In this document: positions 52,738 through 64,000 of the stretch, piece after piece | Numbering within the stretch: position 1 is the first letter of the stretch | Layout: the number at the start of each line of letters is the position of its first letter | NCBI RefSeq assembly: GCF_006345805.1 | Contig: NC_043020.1 | Coordinates: forward strand, 14,632,001 to 14,696,000 | Direction: 5' to 3' | DNA length: 64,000 nt | From: Octopus sinensis | Taxonomy: Eukaryota | The notes under the pieces: generated by a model | What the model was told of the DNA's origin: nothing | Database searches by the model: none | Seen by the model: only the letters and a program-made list of their open reading frames with translations | Position numbers and translations under genes: made by a program

Positions 52738-54632
52738 AAGAGAATATAAAAAATATTTTGTTTAAAAAAAAAAATTGAACAGGAAAATGGGATTTAATTT
52801 TCCTGTCCTTTGATGCAAAACCACCATAAGTCATAATTTTATATAAGTACATTCTGTTTTGGGGTCATTCCATTTTCCTAAACCATCCTAAATTCTATAT
52901 TTTCAAAATTAATTGACAAAAACTCTGGCTATATATTTCATTCAAAATATGGTTTTGAAAAATGTCCAATAACAGATAAATATCTGTAAATGTAAAGAAC
53001 ATCATAAATGTAATTCCAAGAAAAATTGGTGAGTTTTCTGTGAATTTTTACATGTGTAGCGATGGCAAATAAATTCAACAAAGCTGTACATTAAAGAGAA
53101 GTCAAAACTTTAATGGAATTATCATTTCAGGGAGCAATTTAGGTAGGTTGTGAGAGAAGATAAGCTCTAAGTATATCAAGTATGTGATCCAGGTAAGTTT
53201 AATTCTCAGATGTGACTATAGCACTTTACTTATTATTGCCTTTGGGCAAGATATTTATTTTATATTATAATTGTTGAACATGACTACCATTGAATACAGG
53301 TTTTCCACAGGCCAATCATTGTATTTCTGATGGTGGGAATGAAAGGGGAGTGGTTGTAACTTCGAACAGAACAAACATTGCAAAATTCTTTATTCAAGGA
53401 TCACTGTTTTTTTTTTCAATTTTCTTGTAATTATTACATCCATTTGCCAACATATCAGTCACTGATGGCAGAATAAATACGTCATGTTGAGCTTCAGCAC
53501 AGTTTCCACTCATCATGGTCTGACACTATGATAGAAGATAATTGCCCACATGTTGTACACTAGGATCAAACCTGGAGCCATGTAGCTGCAAAATGAATTC
53601 TTAACTACATGACCGTGCTGGCGCTCATCAATACCATTTGTCTTTAATCCAATATGATTGAAATCATTCAACAAGGATTTCTTTTATAGGAAAAAATAGC
53701 AATCTTTTTGGTTAAAGTAGTACAATAAGGACAGTGTTTGGTACTTTCTATACAAAATTTTTATCAACCTGGAAAAGATGGAAGGCAAAGTTGACCTTGG
53801 CAACATTTAAACTCAGAACATAAAGATGGATGAAATTCCTCTAAGCTTTTTGCCAGCTTGCTGCCTTATTAGATTGTAATGATATTGGTTTCAAATTTTG
53901 GCACAATGCCAGCAGTTTTGGGGAAGGGGTGAAATCGATTACATTGACACCAGTGCGTAACTGGTATTTAATTTATCGACCCCGAAAGGATGAAAGGCAA
54001 AGTTGACCTCGGTGGAATTTGAACTGAGAACGTAACGGCAGACGAAATACCGATAAGCATTTCGCCCGGCATGCTAACGTTTCTGCCAGCTCACCACCTT
54101 CTGAACAAACATTTTCATTATTGAGATACTTTAATCAAAAGAGTGGGGGGATAAAGGCAAAACAGCTTCCACCTGAGCAGTATCATACTTTCCAACAGTA
54201 CAAAGATGTAATATAAGGAAAATTTGCCTGCTATTTCTAGCATATTGAGCAAGCATATAAAGAAATACATTGGAGTATAGTTCCTGATATACACAGAAAG
54301 GAAATAGTCATGGTAGGAATGTTTTTGTTTATAGCTCTGCTCAGTCAGAGTTGACCTTCTACTAAACAACAATAAACTTTGCTATCAACATTACTGCCAC
54401 TGCTACCAACATTACTGCCACTGCTACCACCAACACCTCTTTCAATGTTATTATCCTCCTCCAAGTGTGGTATATATTTTATCCATCCCTATAAGTTACT
54501 ACTTTGTATTTTATGGATCAGAGATGGTAAAAAGTTTATATATATATATATAATACTTTTTAATAGTTTTTGATAGTTATATATATTTAATAAAAAAAAA
54601 TTTAAATGATGATGATGATGATGATGATGATA

Positions 54633-54663
<31 letters not shown>

Positions 54664-55274
54664 GGATATTAGCAACAGAGACAGTTTTATATCTTTAACA
54701 AGCTTACTTGTTAATTGCTTTGACACTGTTATTCTATATATATATATAAATTTATAAATATAAATTAATAATTTTAAATTTTTAACTTTAAATAATTTAA
54801 ATTTTGAATTTTATATTTTATATATTTTGTATATTATATTAATTAATTTTATTTCTATGTTTTGGTTTATGTTTTTCACTGTCTGATTTGCCTAATAGTG
54901 GTTTTATCTCTAATTTAATTTATATATTTATATATATATATATCCTCACTTAAGTGTGGATGTTCTGTTAGAACAAGCCATACTACAATAGTTGCCATGA
55001 GAGAAACACTCACATTGGGTTTTGGTGCAAAATGCACTTTTGATTATTTCATTAATGGGGAGCTAAACCCTTGTCACCTCCAGCACCAAGAGCACTGGAT
55101 CACATTATTTCAACCTTCCTTGGTCTTGTCAATGATGGGCACTTGACCACTAGAGATAGTAACAATTCACCTCCTCACCAACAATATATAGAATAACAGT
55201 GCCAAAGCAATTAACAAGTAAGCTTTTTAAAGATATAAAACTGTCTCTGTTGCTAATATCCTCATCATCATCAC

Positions 55275-55321
<47 letters not shown>

Positions 55322-55396
55322 CCACCACCACCACCACCACCAATCACCACCACCACCACCACCACCACCACCACCACCACCACCACCACCACCACC

Positions 55397-55430
<34 letters not shown>

Positions 55431-55437
55431 CCATCAT

Positions 55438-55830
55438 CGTTTAACGTCCGTTTTCCTTGCTAGCACGGGATGGATGGTTCGACCAGGGTCTGGGAATCCA
55501 GGAGGCTGCACCAGGCACCAGTCTGATCTGGCAATGTTTCTACAGCTGGATGCCCTTCCTAACGCCAACCACTCTGTGAGTGTAGTGGGTGCTTTTTACA
55601 TGCCACCGGCACAGGTGCCAGGGGAGGCTGGCATTGGCCATGATCGGTTGGTGCTTTTTACATGCCACCGGCACAGGTGCCAGGGGAGGCTGGCATTGGC
55701 CATGATTGGTTGGTGCTTTTTATGTGCCACCGGCACAGAAGCCACTCAAAGTGATGCTGGCATCGGCCACATTCGGATGGTGCTTTTTATGTGCCACTGG
55801 CACAGGTATCACGACTACAATTTCCACTTG
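55438..55830 (-). mobile_element. (GAT)n-tailed SINE-like family (GGCRTTAGGAAGGGCATCCAGCTGTAGAAAC core); representative copy
   Basis: Many copies, e.g. ~11578, 16290-16775, 20940, 28670, 33742, 34095, 47505; variable internal gtgccaccggcac repeats. Confidence 0.8.
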
Positions 55831-56964
55831 ATAGTTAATATAATGTGAACTGGATCTTCTAGTTCCAGTGCCTCTCACCATTTCTGAAACAAAAATCCTC
55901 AATGCTTACAGGAGAATCATGACTCTAAATTGCAGAAAGTAACCAACTTCACTGCCCTGTTGACTAAATCTGATCTTTGGGGTTAAGGTGTGGCTGAACA
56001 AATGGTTATTCCTTATTAATCTTTAATCCATACAAGATTTATTTCAAGTGAAGTGAAAGCAATGATTTCTGCTGCTTTCTGTATTCTGTTTCTAAAAGTG
56101 AGCTCATAGATTAAAGCAGATGACATTGGTTATCTAGAAAGGCGATTACTGTGTTAAGCTGTTGACAAGATGGGCTTCCATACTTTTTCTTTTTCCTTTT
56201 TATTTTCTCCCCTTCTATTTTCAATGTTATACTCCCTCTCCTGCATTTACTCTTCCTTATACTCTCTTTTCATGTTTTCCTCCCATTCCCACGTTCTCCC
56301 TATGTTTTTCTCTTACTATCTACTTCACCTTCTCTTTAACTCTTCCTCACATTCTCTCTCTCTTTCATAATTTTCTCTCCAACTCTCTTTTGTACTCTTA
56401 CCTCTTACCTTCTCTCTAACGTTCTCTATCTCACATGCATTCATTTCTCCTCAAACACTTTTCCCCCACTTCAAATATTTCTTTGTCCTTTTCTCTCACC
56501 CAGCCATCCTATCTTTGTCTTTACATTGTGATAGAGTGAGACATCTGTTGCAGAAGGTCAATAGAGGTTGGACAGAAATGGGAGGTACATAAGTTGTTGG
56601 AAGATGTCTAAGATAATGTGTTTTTAAACTTTATGAATGGTGGGGAAGGAAAAGAGAGAAAGAGTACAGAATTGTGAACCTACCAAACTGTATTGGCAGG
56701 TGTGCTGGGGTGGAAGATAAATTGTAGAATATTTGGTCTCACAGAAGAAATAACTAAAGAATAAAATGATGAATGATAGGATGTACAAAAGACACATCCA
56801 ACCAGCGCCAGCTTAGGAAAATGGCTTTTTTAAAAAATGTTAATGATGATGATAATGGCATTGTGAATGGCAATCACCATCATCATTACTGTTTTTGTCT
56901 TTTATGTTGTTGCATGTCTTTTAATGTTATTTTATGTGAGCCCTTGTGGCTAATAAAAGAATAA

Positions 56965-57009
<45 letters not shown>

Positions 57010-57565
57010 GAGTGAGAGAGCAGTTCATGCCATCAAAGTAACACTGGGGTAAAATATACGAAGCCCAATATACCCATCATGACTACCCGTCTGATAAGGG
57101 TACACCAGGCACATGCATCACAACCATATGTGCATGACATGGTGATCTCATATCAAGATAAGCAGCACATGACCTTGCAGGTGGGGCCCAGTTAGAATTT
57201 TCTTCAGGTTGAGTAGCCCATCCCGCTCAAACGGTCCCTGAATAAGGGTTGTTTAAGGATGTTGAAAGAACCACCCATGTTTCCAGAGGTGAATTATTCA
57301 AACCCCAAAGAATCCCTCTCAACACATGGCTATGATGTTCCCCCACTACTTCTGCTCGTGATCAGAGATGCACATATCATCAGCCACTAAGGGACATGCT
57401 CAACTGGTTAAGGTCAAACAACTGACAAGCAAATCTATGGTATTGAGCAGAATATTTGCTGTAGCCCATCTTTTATACCAAGACAAAACAATGTACATGA
57501 TAACACTTCCAATCAGTTAAGATCAGAAGCCACGAGAGTCACTGCCTGGTACTGCATCAGGGCAT

Positions 57566-57567
<2 letters not shown>
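57010..57567 (-). mobile_element. ~555-bp non-coding interspersed element inserted in (TAA)n, copy 1
   Basis: Closely similar to 58473-59013; (TAA)n on both sides; no ORF, TIR or tRNA head seen; strand inferred from the tail. Confidence 0.75.
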
Positions 57568-57598
<31 letters not shown>

Positions 57599-57796
57599 GT
57601 AATGCTTACAATGCCGCCAACACCTACTCCTACCTCCAGTAGGGGCAATAATCTTAACACGTTTGAATGTTTGAATGATGTCAGGTCAGAAGTGAGAATG
57701 GGTGAAGCATGCCTAAAAAACGAACACGAGAACCTCCCTCTTCTTTTCAGGCACTGAATAACATCTCTCCTCCCCAAGCCTCACCCCACATTCCTT

Positions 57797-58210
57797 TCCC
57801 ATTTTTCAGAGTTGGCACTGTCAATGTAGGCATACTGAAAGGTAGGTCTAGTGAGATTGTAGAGATGCTGGAAAGGAGACGGGTTGATGTATGCTGCATA
57901 CAAGAGGTAAGATGGAAAGAAGCTTCAGCTAGGGTCCTCACAGGCAAGGTACATAGGTATAAAGTCTTCTGGCAAGGTAATATGGATAGAGAAGGAGGTG
58001 TTGGCATACTCCATGCAGAGAAATGGGTGGATAAGGTCATAGAGGTTGTCAGGGTATGTGATAGAGTGCTTAAGCTCAGGCTAGCCCTGTAGAACAGCAC
58101 AGCTACAATTATCTCTGCCTACGCCACACAAGCAAGGCTACCAAATGATCAGAAGGACCATTTTATGATACCCTTCTACAAGCTACCTCAAAGACGAGTG
58201 GCAATGACCT
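57797..58210 (+). mobile_element. APE endonuclease fragment of an RTE-clade LINE
   Basis: RVGTVNVG.LKGR..EIVEML.RR.VDVCCIQEVRWK...GGVGIL...IISAYA; in-frame stop at 58090. Confidence 0.9.
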
Positions 58211-58472
58211 CTGGTCCCTGCACTGGTGGCATGTAAAAATCACCCACTACACTCTCAGTGTGGTTGGCATTAGGAAGGGCCTCCAGCTGAAGAAACACTG
58301 CCAGGTCAGATTGGGGCCTGGTGCAGCCTCCGGGCTTCCCAGACCCCAGTCTGCATACTGAGTTCAAATTCTGTCAAGGTTGATTTTGCTTTCCATCATA
58401 TTCCACTCCCCTAAAGTTTCAGGCCTTGTGCCTATAGTAGAGAGGATTATTATTATTGCTATTATTATTATT

Positions 58473-59013
58473 GAGTGAGAGAGCAGTGCATGCCATCAAA
58501 GTGACACTGGGGTAAAATATATGAAGCCCAGTATACCCATCATGACTACCCATCTGATAAGGGTACACTAGGCACATGCATCACAACCATATGTGCACGA
58601 CATGGTGATCTCATATCAAGATAAGCAGCACATGACCTTGCTAGTGGGGCCCACTTAAAATTTTATTCTGATCGAGTAACCCATCCTGCTCAAAAGGTTG
58701 TTTAAGGATATTGAATGAAACACCCATGTTTCCAGAGGCGAATTATTCAAACCCCAAAGAATCCCTCTCAACACATGACTATGATGTTCCCCCACTACTT
58801 CTGCTCGTGATCAGAGATGCACATATCATCAGCCACTAAGGGACATGCTCAACTGGTTAAGGTCAAACAACTGACAAGCAAATCTGTGGTATTGAGCAGA
58901 ATATTTGCTGTAGCCCATCTTTTATACTAAGACAAAACAATGTACATAACACTTCTAATCAGCTAAGATCAGCAGCCATGACAGCCACTGCCTGGTACTA
59001 CATCAGGGCATTT
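58473..59013 (-). mobile_element. ~555-bp non-coding interspersed element inserted in (TAA)n, copy 2
   Basis: Same ends (gagtgagagagcag...catcagggcattt) as copy 1, with a small internal deletion. Confidence 0.75.
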
Positions 59014-59081
59014 ATTATTATTATTATTATTATTATTATATTATTATTATTATTATTATTATTATTATCATTATTATTATC

Positions 59082-59177
<96 letters not shown>

Positions 59178-59520
59178 TGCTATCATCCTTGGGGGATTGA
59201 TAAAATAAGTACTAGTCAAGTTACAGGGTTTGATGTATGACTTGCTACTTCCCCTCAAATTGCTGGCCTTGTGCCAAAATTAGAAAGAATTTGTTTCTTT
59301 CAGTTTTACATTTTGAATTCTAGCCACACCAAAGTCATCTTTGCATTTCATCCCTTTGGGGTCAATAAAAAAAAAACTACCAGTTGAGCATTAGGGTGGA
59401 TGCAGTCAACTAGACCCTGCCTCCACTGCCTTTCCCTAAAATTTCAAGCCTTGTGCCAAATGTAGTAAGAGTTATTATTATTATTGTTTTCTTGCAGTTT
59501 CCTTTGTTTTGCGCTTTCTT

Positions 59521-59539
<19 letters not shown>

Positions 59540-59558
<19 letters not shown>

Positions 59559-60017
59559 GTTTTTTCCTTCTTTCTTCAAATTTTCTTCCGCTTCTCGCCG
59601 AGTGTTTTCCATACACCTAGGGCAGAAAAGCTCATTGTATGCATTCCCAGATTACACACGCAAATTCACAAGTAAAATATGTATTTAAAATAAATAAATA
59701 AATAAATTCATGGATGGATGTTGTTTTCACAGCGATAATGCTCTTCTCAGTACATGAGCCGTTCCAGTTAATACAATTTTTTGCACTTCCTGTAGGGATG
59801 GTAAGCCTGGAATCATTTTCAAATAGGTTTCAGTACCTTTTTTTATCATTCCTAGAGATCCTGCAATCACTGGTACTGTAGTCGCCTTGAGATGCCACAT
59901 TTTTTCAATTTCTATTAGCAGGTCTTTATATTTACTAATCTTGTCAAATTTTTTCGCCGCTATATTGTGATCGCAAGGGATACTCATGTCAATTAATAAG
60001 CACATCTTTTTTGTCTG
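59540..60017 (-). mobile_element. R4/Dong-clade retrotransposon 3' end (RLE endonuclease C-terminus + 3' UTR) in a TAA microsatellite
   Basis: CLLIDMSIP.D.NI..K..DKISKYKDL..EIEKMW......VPVI.G.LG.I......LQEVQK.VLTGTAHVLRRALS; TAA repeats on both sides. Confidence 0.85.
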
Positions 60018-61149
60018 TATTATTATCATTATTATTATTATTATCATTATTATTATTATTATTATTATGATTATTATTATTATGATTATTATTATTATTA
60101 TTATTGTTATTGTTGTCATTATTATTATTGTTAAGGCAGTAAGCTGGCAGAATTATAAGAGTGTTAAATATGCTTTGCAGTATTTTTTTCTGGTTCTTTA
60201 CATTTTGAGTTCAAATCCTACCAAGGCCAAATTTTACCTTTCTTTCTTTCAAGGTCAATAAAATTAAGTATCAACCATGTACTGGGGTCGATGTATTTGA
60301 CTTTCCAATCCCCAGTCCACCCCACTATATACACCACCTTGTAACTTGGGTGTATGATCCTTGCCCCTCCTCGTTCCCCATCACATCATTTTTTCTACTC
60401 CCTCTCTTCATTTGAGGTAACTATGCTTCTCTTCTAATGCAACCCTTCTAACCCCTCTGACCCTCATTACTACTCATCCTCAGCTGAAGGGTTTTGTCTT
60501 GCAAGTTACTTGGTGACCTTACTGCTGCTGGTGCCATGTAGAAAGCACCCAGTACACTCTGTAAAGTGGTTAGTGTTAGGAGGAGCATCCAGCTGTAGAA
60601 ACGATGCCAAAAACAGACAGCACAGCTTGATGCAGTTATATGACTTGCTGGTTATTGTCAAACCATCTTCTACATACCAGCATGGAAAGCAGATGTTAAA
60701 TGATGACGATGGTGGTGATCGTTATTAACATAGCAATTTGAAAGAACCCATGTATGGATAAGAACTGTATAGTGTGTAGAGTAAACCCACAGATAAACTG
60801 AAAAACTAGAACATTGTCTATAGACTAAGGTGCTGTTGTTTGTTTGTTCCTATTTGAGCCATGCCTGACTCATAAGGGCCAGTTTCCCGGTTTCTTGGCG
60901 TATAGGTTCCCCACCTGGACGGGACGCCGGTCTGTCGCAGGTGAGCTGCAAGATGCAGGAGGAAAGAGTGAGAGAAAGCTGTGGCGAAAGAGTCAGCAGA
61001 GGTTTCGCCATTACCTTCTGCCGGAGCCACGTGGAGCTTAGGTGTTTCGCTCATAAACACACACATCGCCCGGTCTGAGATTCGAACCCACGATCCCTCG
61101 ACTGAGAGTCCGCTGCTCTAACCACTAGGCCATGTGCCTCCACAGACAA

Positions 61150-62000
61150 AGGTGTACAGAGAGACAGTACAGAAACAGGACAATGCATACATAAGAGAGA
61201 CAGTACATAACCTCTGTCAGTGGATAAGTGAACACAGGCAGGATCTCAAAGAGAAGAGCTCATCAGTGCTCTACCGACAAGCTCAATTAGAATATGGCAG
61301 TTTGGTTGACAACATAGATGTTAGGATCTTATTGATGCAGACAATAGACATCACAACAATCAGACAGGTTACGGAGGCCACACACATACTAGAAGATAGA
61401 CTAAGCCTCGACAGAAAACACGAATGGAATAATAACACTTCCACCCCCACCCCCAATCCACCATTCTATGCAGCCAGGTGACTGAAGACAGAATGAGGAA
61501 AAATAAATGACACGGGTACTAACAGTGTAATATACAAATCGAAAAAACACATACTAAAGACAGAATGAGACAAAAAATAAAACACATGAGTACAAATATT
61601 GTAATATACAAACCCATATACATACACACAGAACACACATGCTAAACACTTAGGAACAACACACACACACATACACACAATCACACACATATGCACACAG
61701 ATACAGACATATATGCATGCACAGATAAAGATACACACTACAGAAGGACAAAATGGAATAAGCAGGGCAAGAGGAGACACATGAGACAGAGAGTCACTGA
61801 AGAGGTCATAGGATGTGTGATAAAAGAACTTTGATGGACATATAAACTAAACAAAAAAATAATTCTAATAAAACTAAAGTTAAGATCAAATAAATAGTGT
61901 GCGTGTATAATAGGCCAAAGGTGACCATCCCCAAGTATAAAAATATCAGTTTCAACACATTTTTATATCAAAAATATTGCAAAACAAATATGTAAAAGTA
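61150..62000 (+). mobile_element. Penelope-like element remnant: degenerate GIY-YIG endonuclease followed by a hammerhead-bearing 3' repeat
   Basis: AYIRET...L.QWISEH...L.....IL......IRQVTEA..I......L.RK.EW resembles the YIGET..L..R..EH...R...EA..I...LNRK pattern; hammerhead-like motif at 61793-61835. Confidence 0.65.
61793..61835 (+). ncRNA. Degenerate hammerhead motif (family H1, G12 lost)
   Basis: gtca CTGAAGA g gtcata-ggatg-tgtgat AAAA gaac TT tgat. Confidence 0.5.
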
Positions 62001-62126
62001 TATATATATTATATATATATATATATAGTTAATCCAAACAAGAAAACACAAAAAAAACACAACAACGCGAGGACGTGGAACAAATATAGTATTATTGGAC
62101 GCTCAGGAAAGAAGGAAAGAAGGAGG

Positions 62127-62161
62127 GTTTAACGTTTCGAGCGGAGCTCTTCGTCGGAAAC
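62127..62161 (-). ncRNA. Minimal hammerhead with CCGACGA core and palindromic ACGU stem III (family H5)
   Basis: Minus strand: gttt CCGACGA a gagc-tcc-gctc GAAA cg TT aaac. Confidence 0.7.
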
Positions 62162-62368
62162 ACAGGAGAAGGAAAGATCAAGAGAAGGGAAGACAGAGGA
62201 AAAAAAAAATGACACATATATATATAGACACACACACACACACACGTATATATCTGTAAATATAACATGTGACAATTATTTAGTAGCCATGATCAGACTC
62301 TGAGTTTTGGATGTCGGGGTGGAAATCCATGCCGGCATCTCTTCAGTTATCAGGCCATCGAAAAAAAT

Positions 62369-62429
62369 GATAACTGAAGAGATGCTGGTGTGGGTTTCCA
62401 CCCCGACATCCGAAACTCGGAGTTTTATC
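62369..62429 (+). ncRNA. Type I hammerhead with canonical core and extended stem II (family H6); inverted copy with GAAA>AAAA at ~62291-62351 (-)
   Basis: gataa CTGAAGA gatg-ctggtgtgggtttccaccccga-catc c GAAA ctc-g-gag TT ttatc. Confidence 0.78.
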
Positions 62430-62799
62430 TTGGCTACCAAATAATTGTCACATATTATATTTACAGATAAATTCCTCTAATTACATAATATCCAGGTCTC
62501 TTTCATTCTTTTGTTGTCTTACCATTTCTATCAATACATTAAAAAAATATATATATATACTTGTGTATATACACATGAATTGGAATTTTCTCTGATTCTT
62601 CAGATTTTTATATGCTAGGCTACTGGTTTTAAATTGATATTAATTAAATTAATATTCAATTTATCTCCCTCATTATTTAAATGTTACATATATATATATA
62701 TAACGGGAAGCTTTATGAAAATAAACAAAAGACGAAGGCAGGTGGAATATAAACAAACAATTGTATTAGTATGGCGCTCAGGAATATAAATAAAACAAG

Positions 62800-62837
62800 T
62801 CTTTTACGTTTCGAGCCTACGCTCTTCAACAGAAAGA
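62800..62837 (-). ncRNA. Minimal hammerhead-like motif with CUGUUGA core (family H4)
   Basis: Minus strand: tcttt CTGTTGA a gagc-gtag-gctc GAAA cg TA aaaga. Confidence 0.6.
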
Positions 62838-64000
62838 TACACAGAAAAGAAACACGGAGAGAAAAAAAATGCGTGCAGAAGCTAGCGAATCAACATGGTG
62901 TGTGTGTGTGTGTGTGTATATAACAGCTGACAGTGGAAATTGGCACAGTCCTCAAGCTAAACAGCTTCTGTCAAACCATCCAACCGATACTAGTGTAGAA
63001 GACAGGTGTTAAATGATGATGATGATAATGATGATGATGATATATACAGTAATACCTCATTTTACGAAGACCACTTTATGAGACACTGGGTTTATGAGTT
63101 TTTACAAATTTTATTTTGTTTATGAGTTTACGCTTTATGAGCATTCTCTGTATTGTGTGTATATATATATGTATATATATATATTTATTTTTTATTTTTT
63201 TTTACTTGTTTTGGTCATGTGACTGTGGCCATGCTGGAGCACTGCCTTTAGTCGGGCAAATCGACCCCTGGACTGATTTTTTGTAAGCCTAGTACTTATT
63301 CTATTGGTCTCTATAGCTGAACTGCTAAGTTATGGGGACATAAACACACCAGCATCGGTTGTCAAGCAATGCTAGGGGGACAAACACACACACGCATATA
63401 TATATATACATATATACGACGGGCTTCTTTCAGTTTCCGTCTAACAAATCCACTCACAAGGCTTTGGTCGGCCTGAGGCTATAATAGAAGACACTTGCCC
63501 AAGGTGCCACGCAGTGGGACTGAACCCGGAATCATGTGGTTGGTAAACAAGTTACTTACCACACAGCCATATAATAATGTTCCTTCTCGAGTCATGCCAG
63601 GCTTATAAGGGCCGGTTTCCCAGTTTCAGTGGCGTAGAAATTCCCCACCTGGACGGGACACTGGCCCATTGCAAGATTACCCATTTTTGCCAGCTGAATG
63701 GACTGGAGCAACGTGAAATGAAGTGTTTTGCTCAAGAACACAACGCATCACCCGGTAGAGAAATCGAAACCACAACCTTACGATCATGAGTTCAACACCC
63801 TAACCACTAAGCCACGTACCTCCACATATATATATATATATATGTGGATACCGGTGTCATGTAAAAAGTACTTGTGCTGGTGCCATGTAAAAGCACCCAG
63901 TACACTCTGTAAAGTGGTTGGTGTTAGGAAGGGCATCCAGCTGTAGAAACCATGCCAAAAAAGACATGGGACCTGGGCAACTCTTCAGTTGGCCAACTCC

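Noticed and set aside
55150-55444. Poly-V/G/D and poly-S/P/T ORFs; likewise the poly-N/L/I ORFs at 58978-60261
   Set aside because: Trinucleotide microsatellites (CAT, CAC, ATT)
57320-57390. CTGATGA on the minus strand of the 555-bp element as a hammerhead or C/D box
   Set aside because: No properly placed GAAA/UH with stems; the motif is better explained as part of a simple stem (tggctgatga/tcatagcca)
57010-59013. LTR retrotransposon (two direct repeats flanking a coding fragment)
   Set aside because: No TG...CA ends, PBS or PPT seen; the interior is a non-LTR APE fragment; each repeat has its own TAA flanks

Overview
AT-rich, repeat-dense eukaryotic DNA, most likely an octopod cephalopod (inferred from the SINE/LINE repertoire). 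I can support two host genes, arranged convergently. The first is a complete 8-exon metaxin-1/3 gene on + (ATG 4932, stop 32100; 984-nt CDS, 327 aa; all introns GT-AG and phases consistent). The second is the large terminal exon (mid-TM3 to C-terminus) of a class A neuropeptide GPCR on - (49572-48872), whose 5' exon(s) I could not find in the window. The rest is tRNA-derived SINEs, CR1/RTE/HERO/R4-Dong LINE fragments, piggyBac-type MITEs, a Helitron, a mariner stub and microsatellites. The most notable unannotated signal is about 13 minimal type I hammerhead ribozyme motifs from about 7 sequence families. Several have recurrent non-canonical cores (CCGACGA, CUGUYGA, possibly UUGAAAA). They sit in short insertions, mostly in (TA)n tracts and often fold-back (full 3' end plus inverted partial copy). 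One is linked to a GIY-YIG remnant, pointing to Penelope-like retroelements or retrozyme-like derivatives. All alignments and folds were done by eye; no database search was run.
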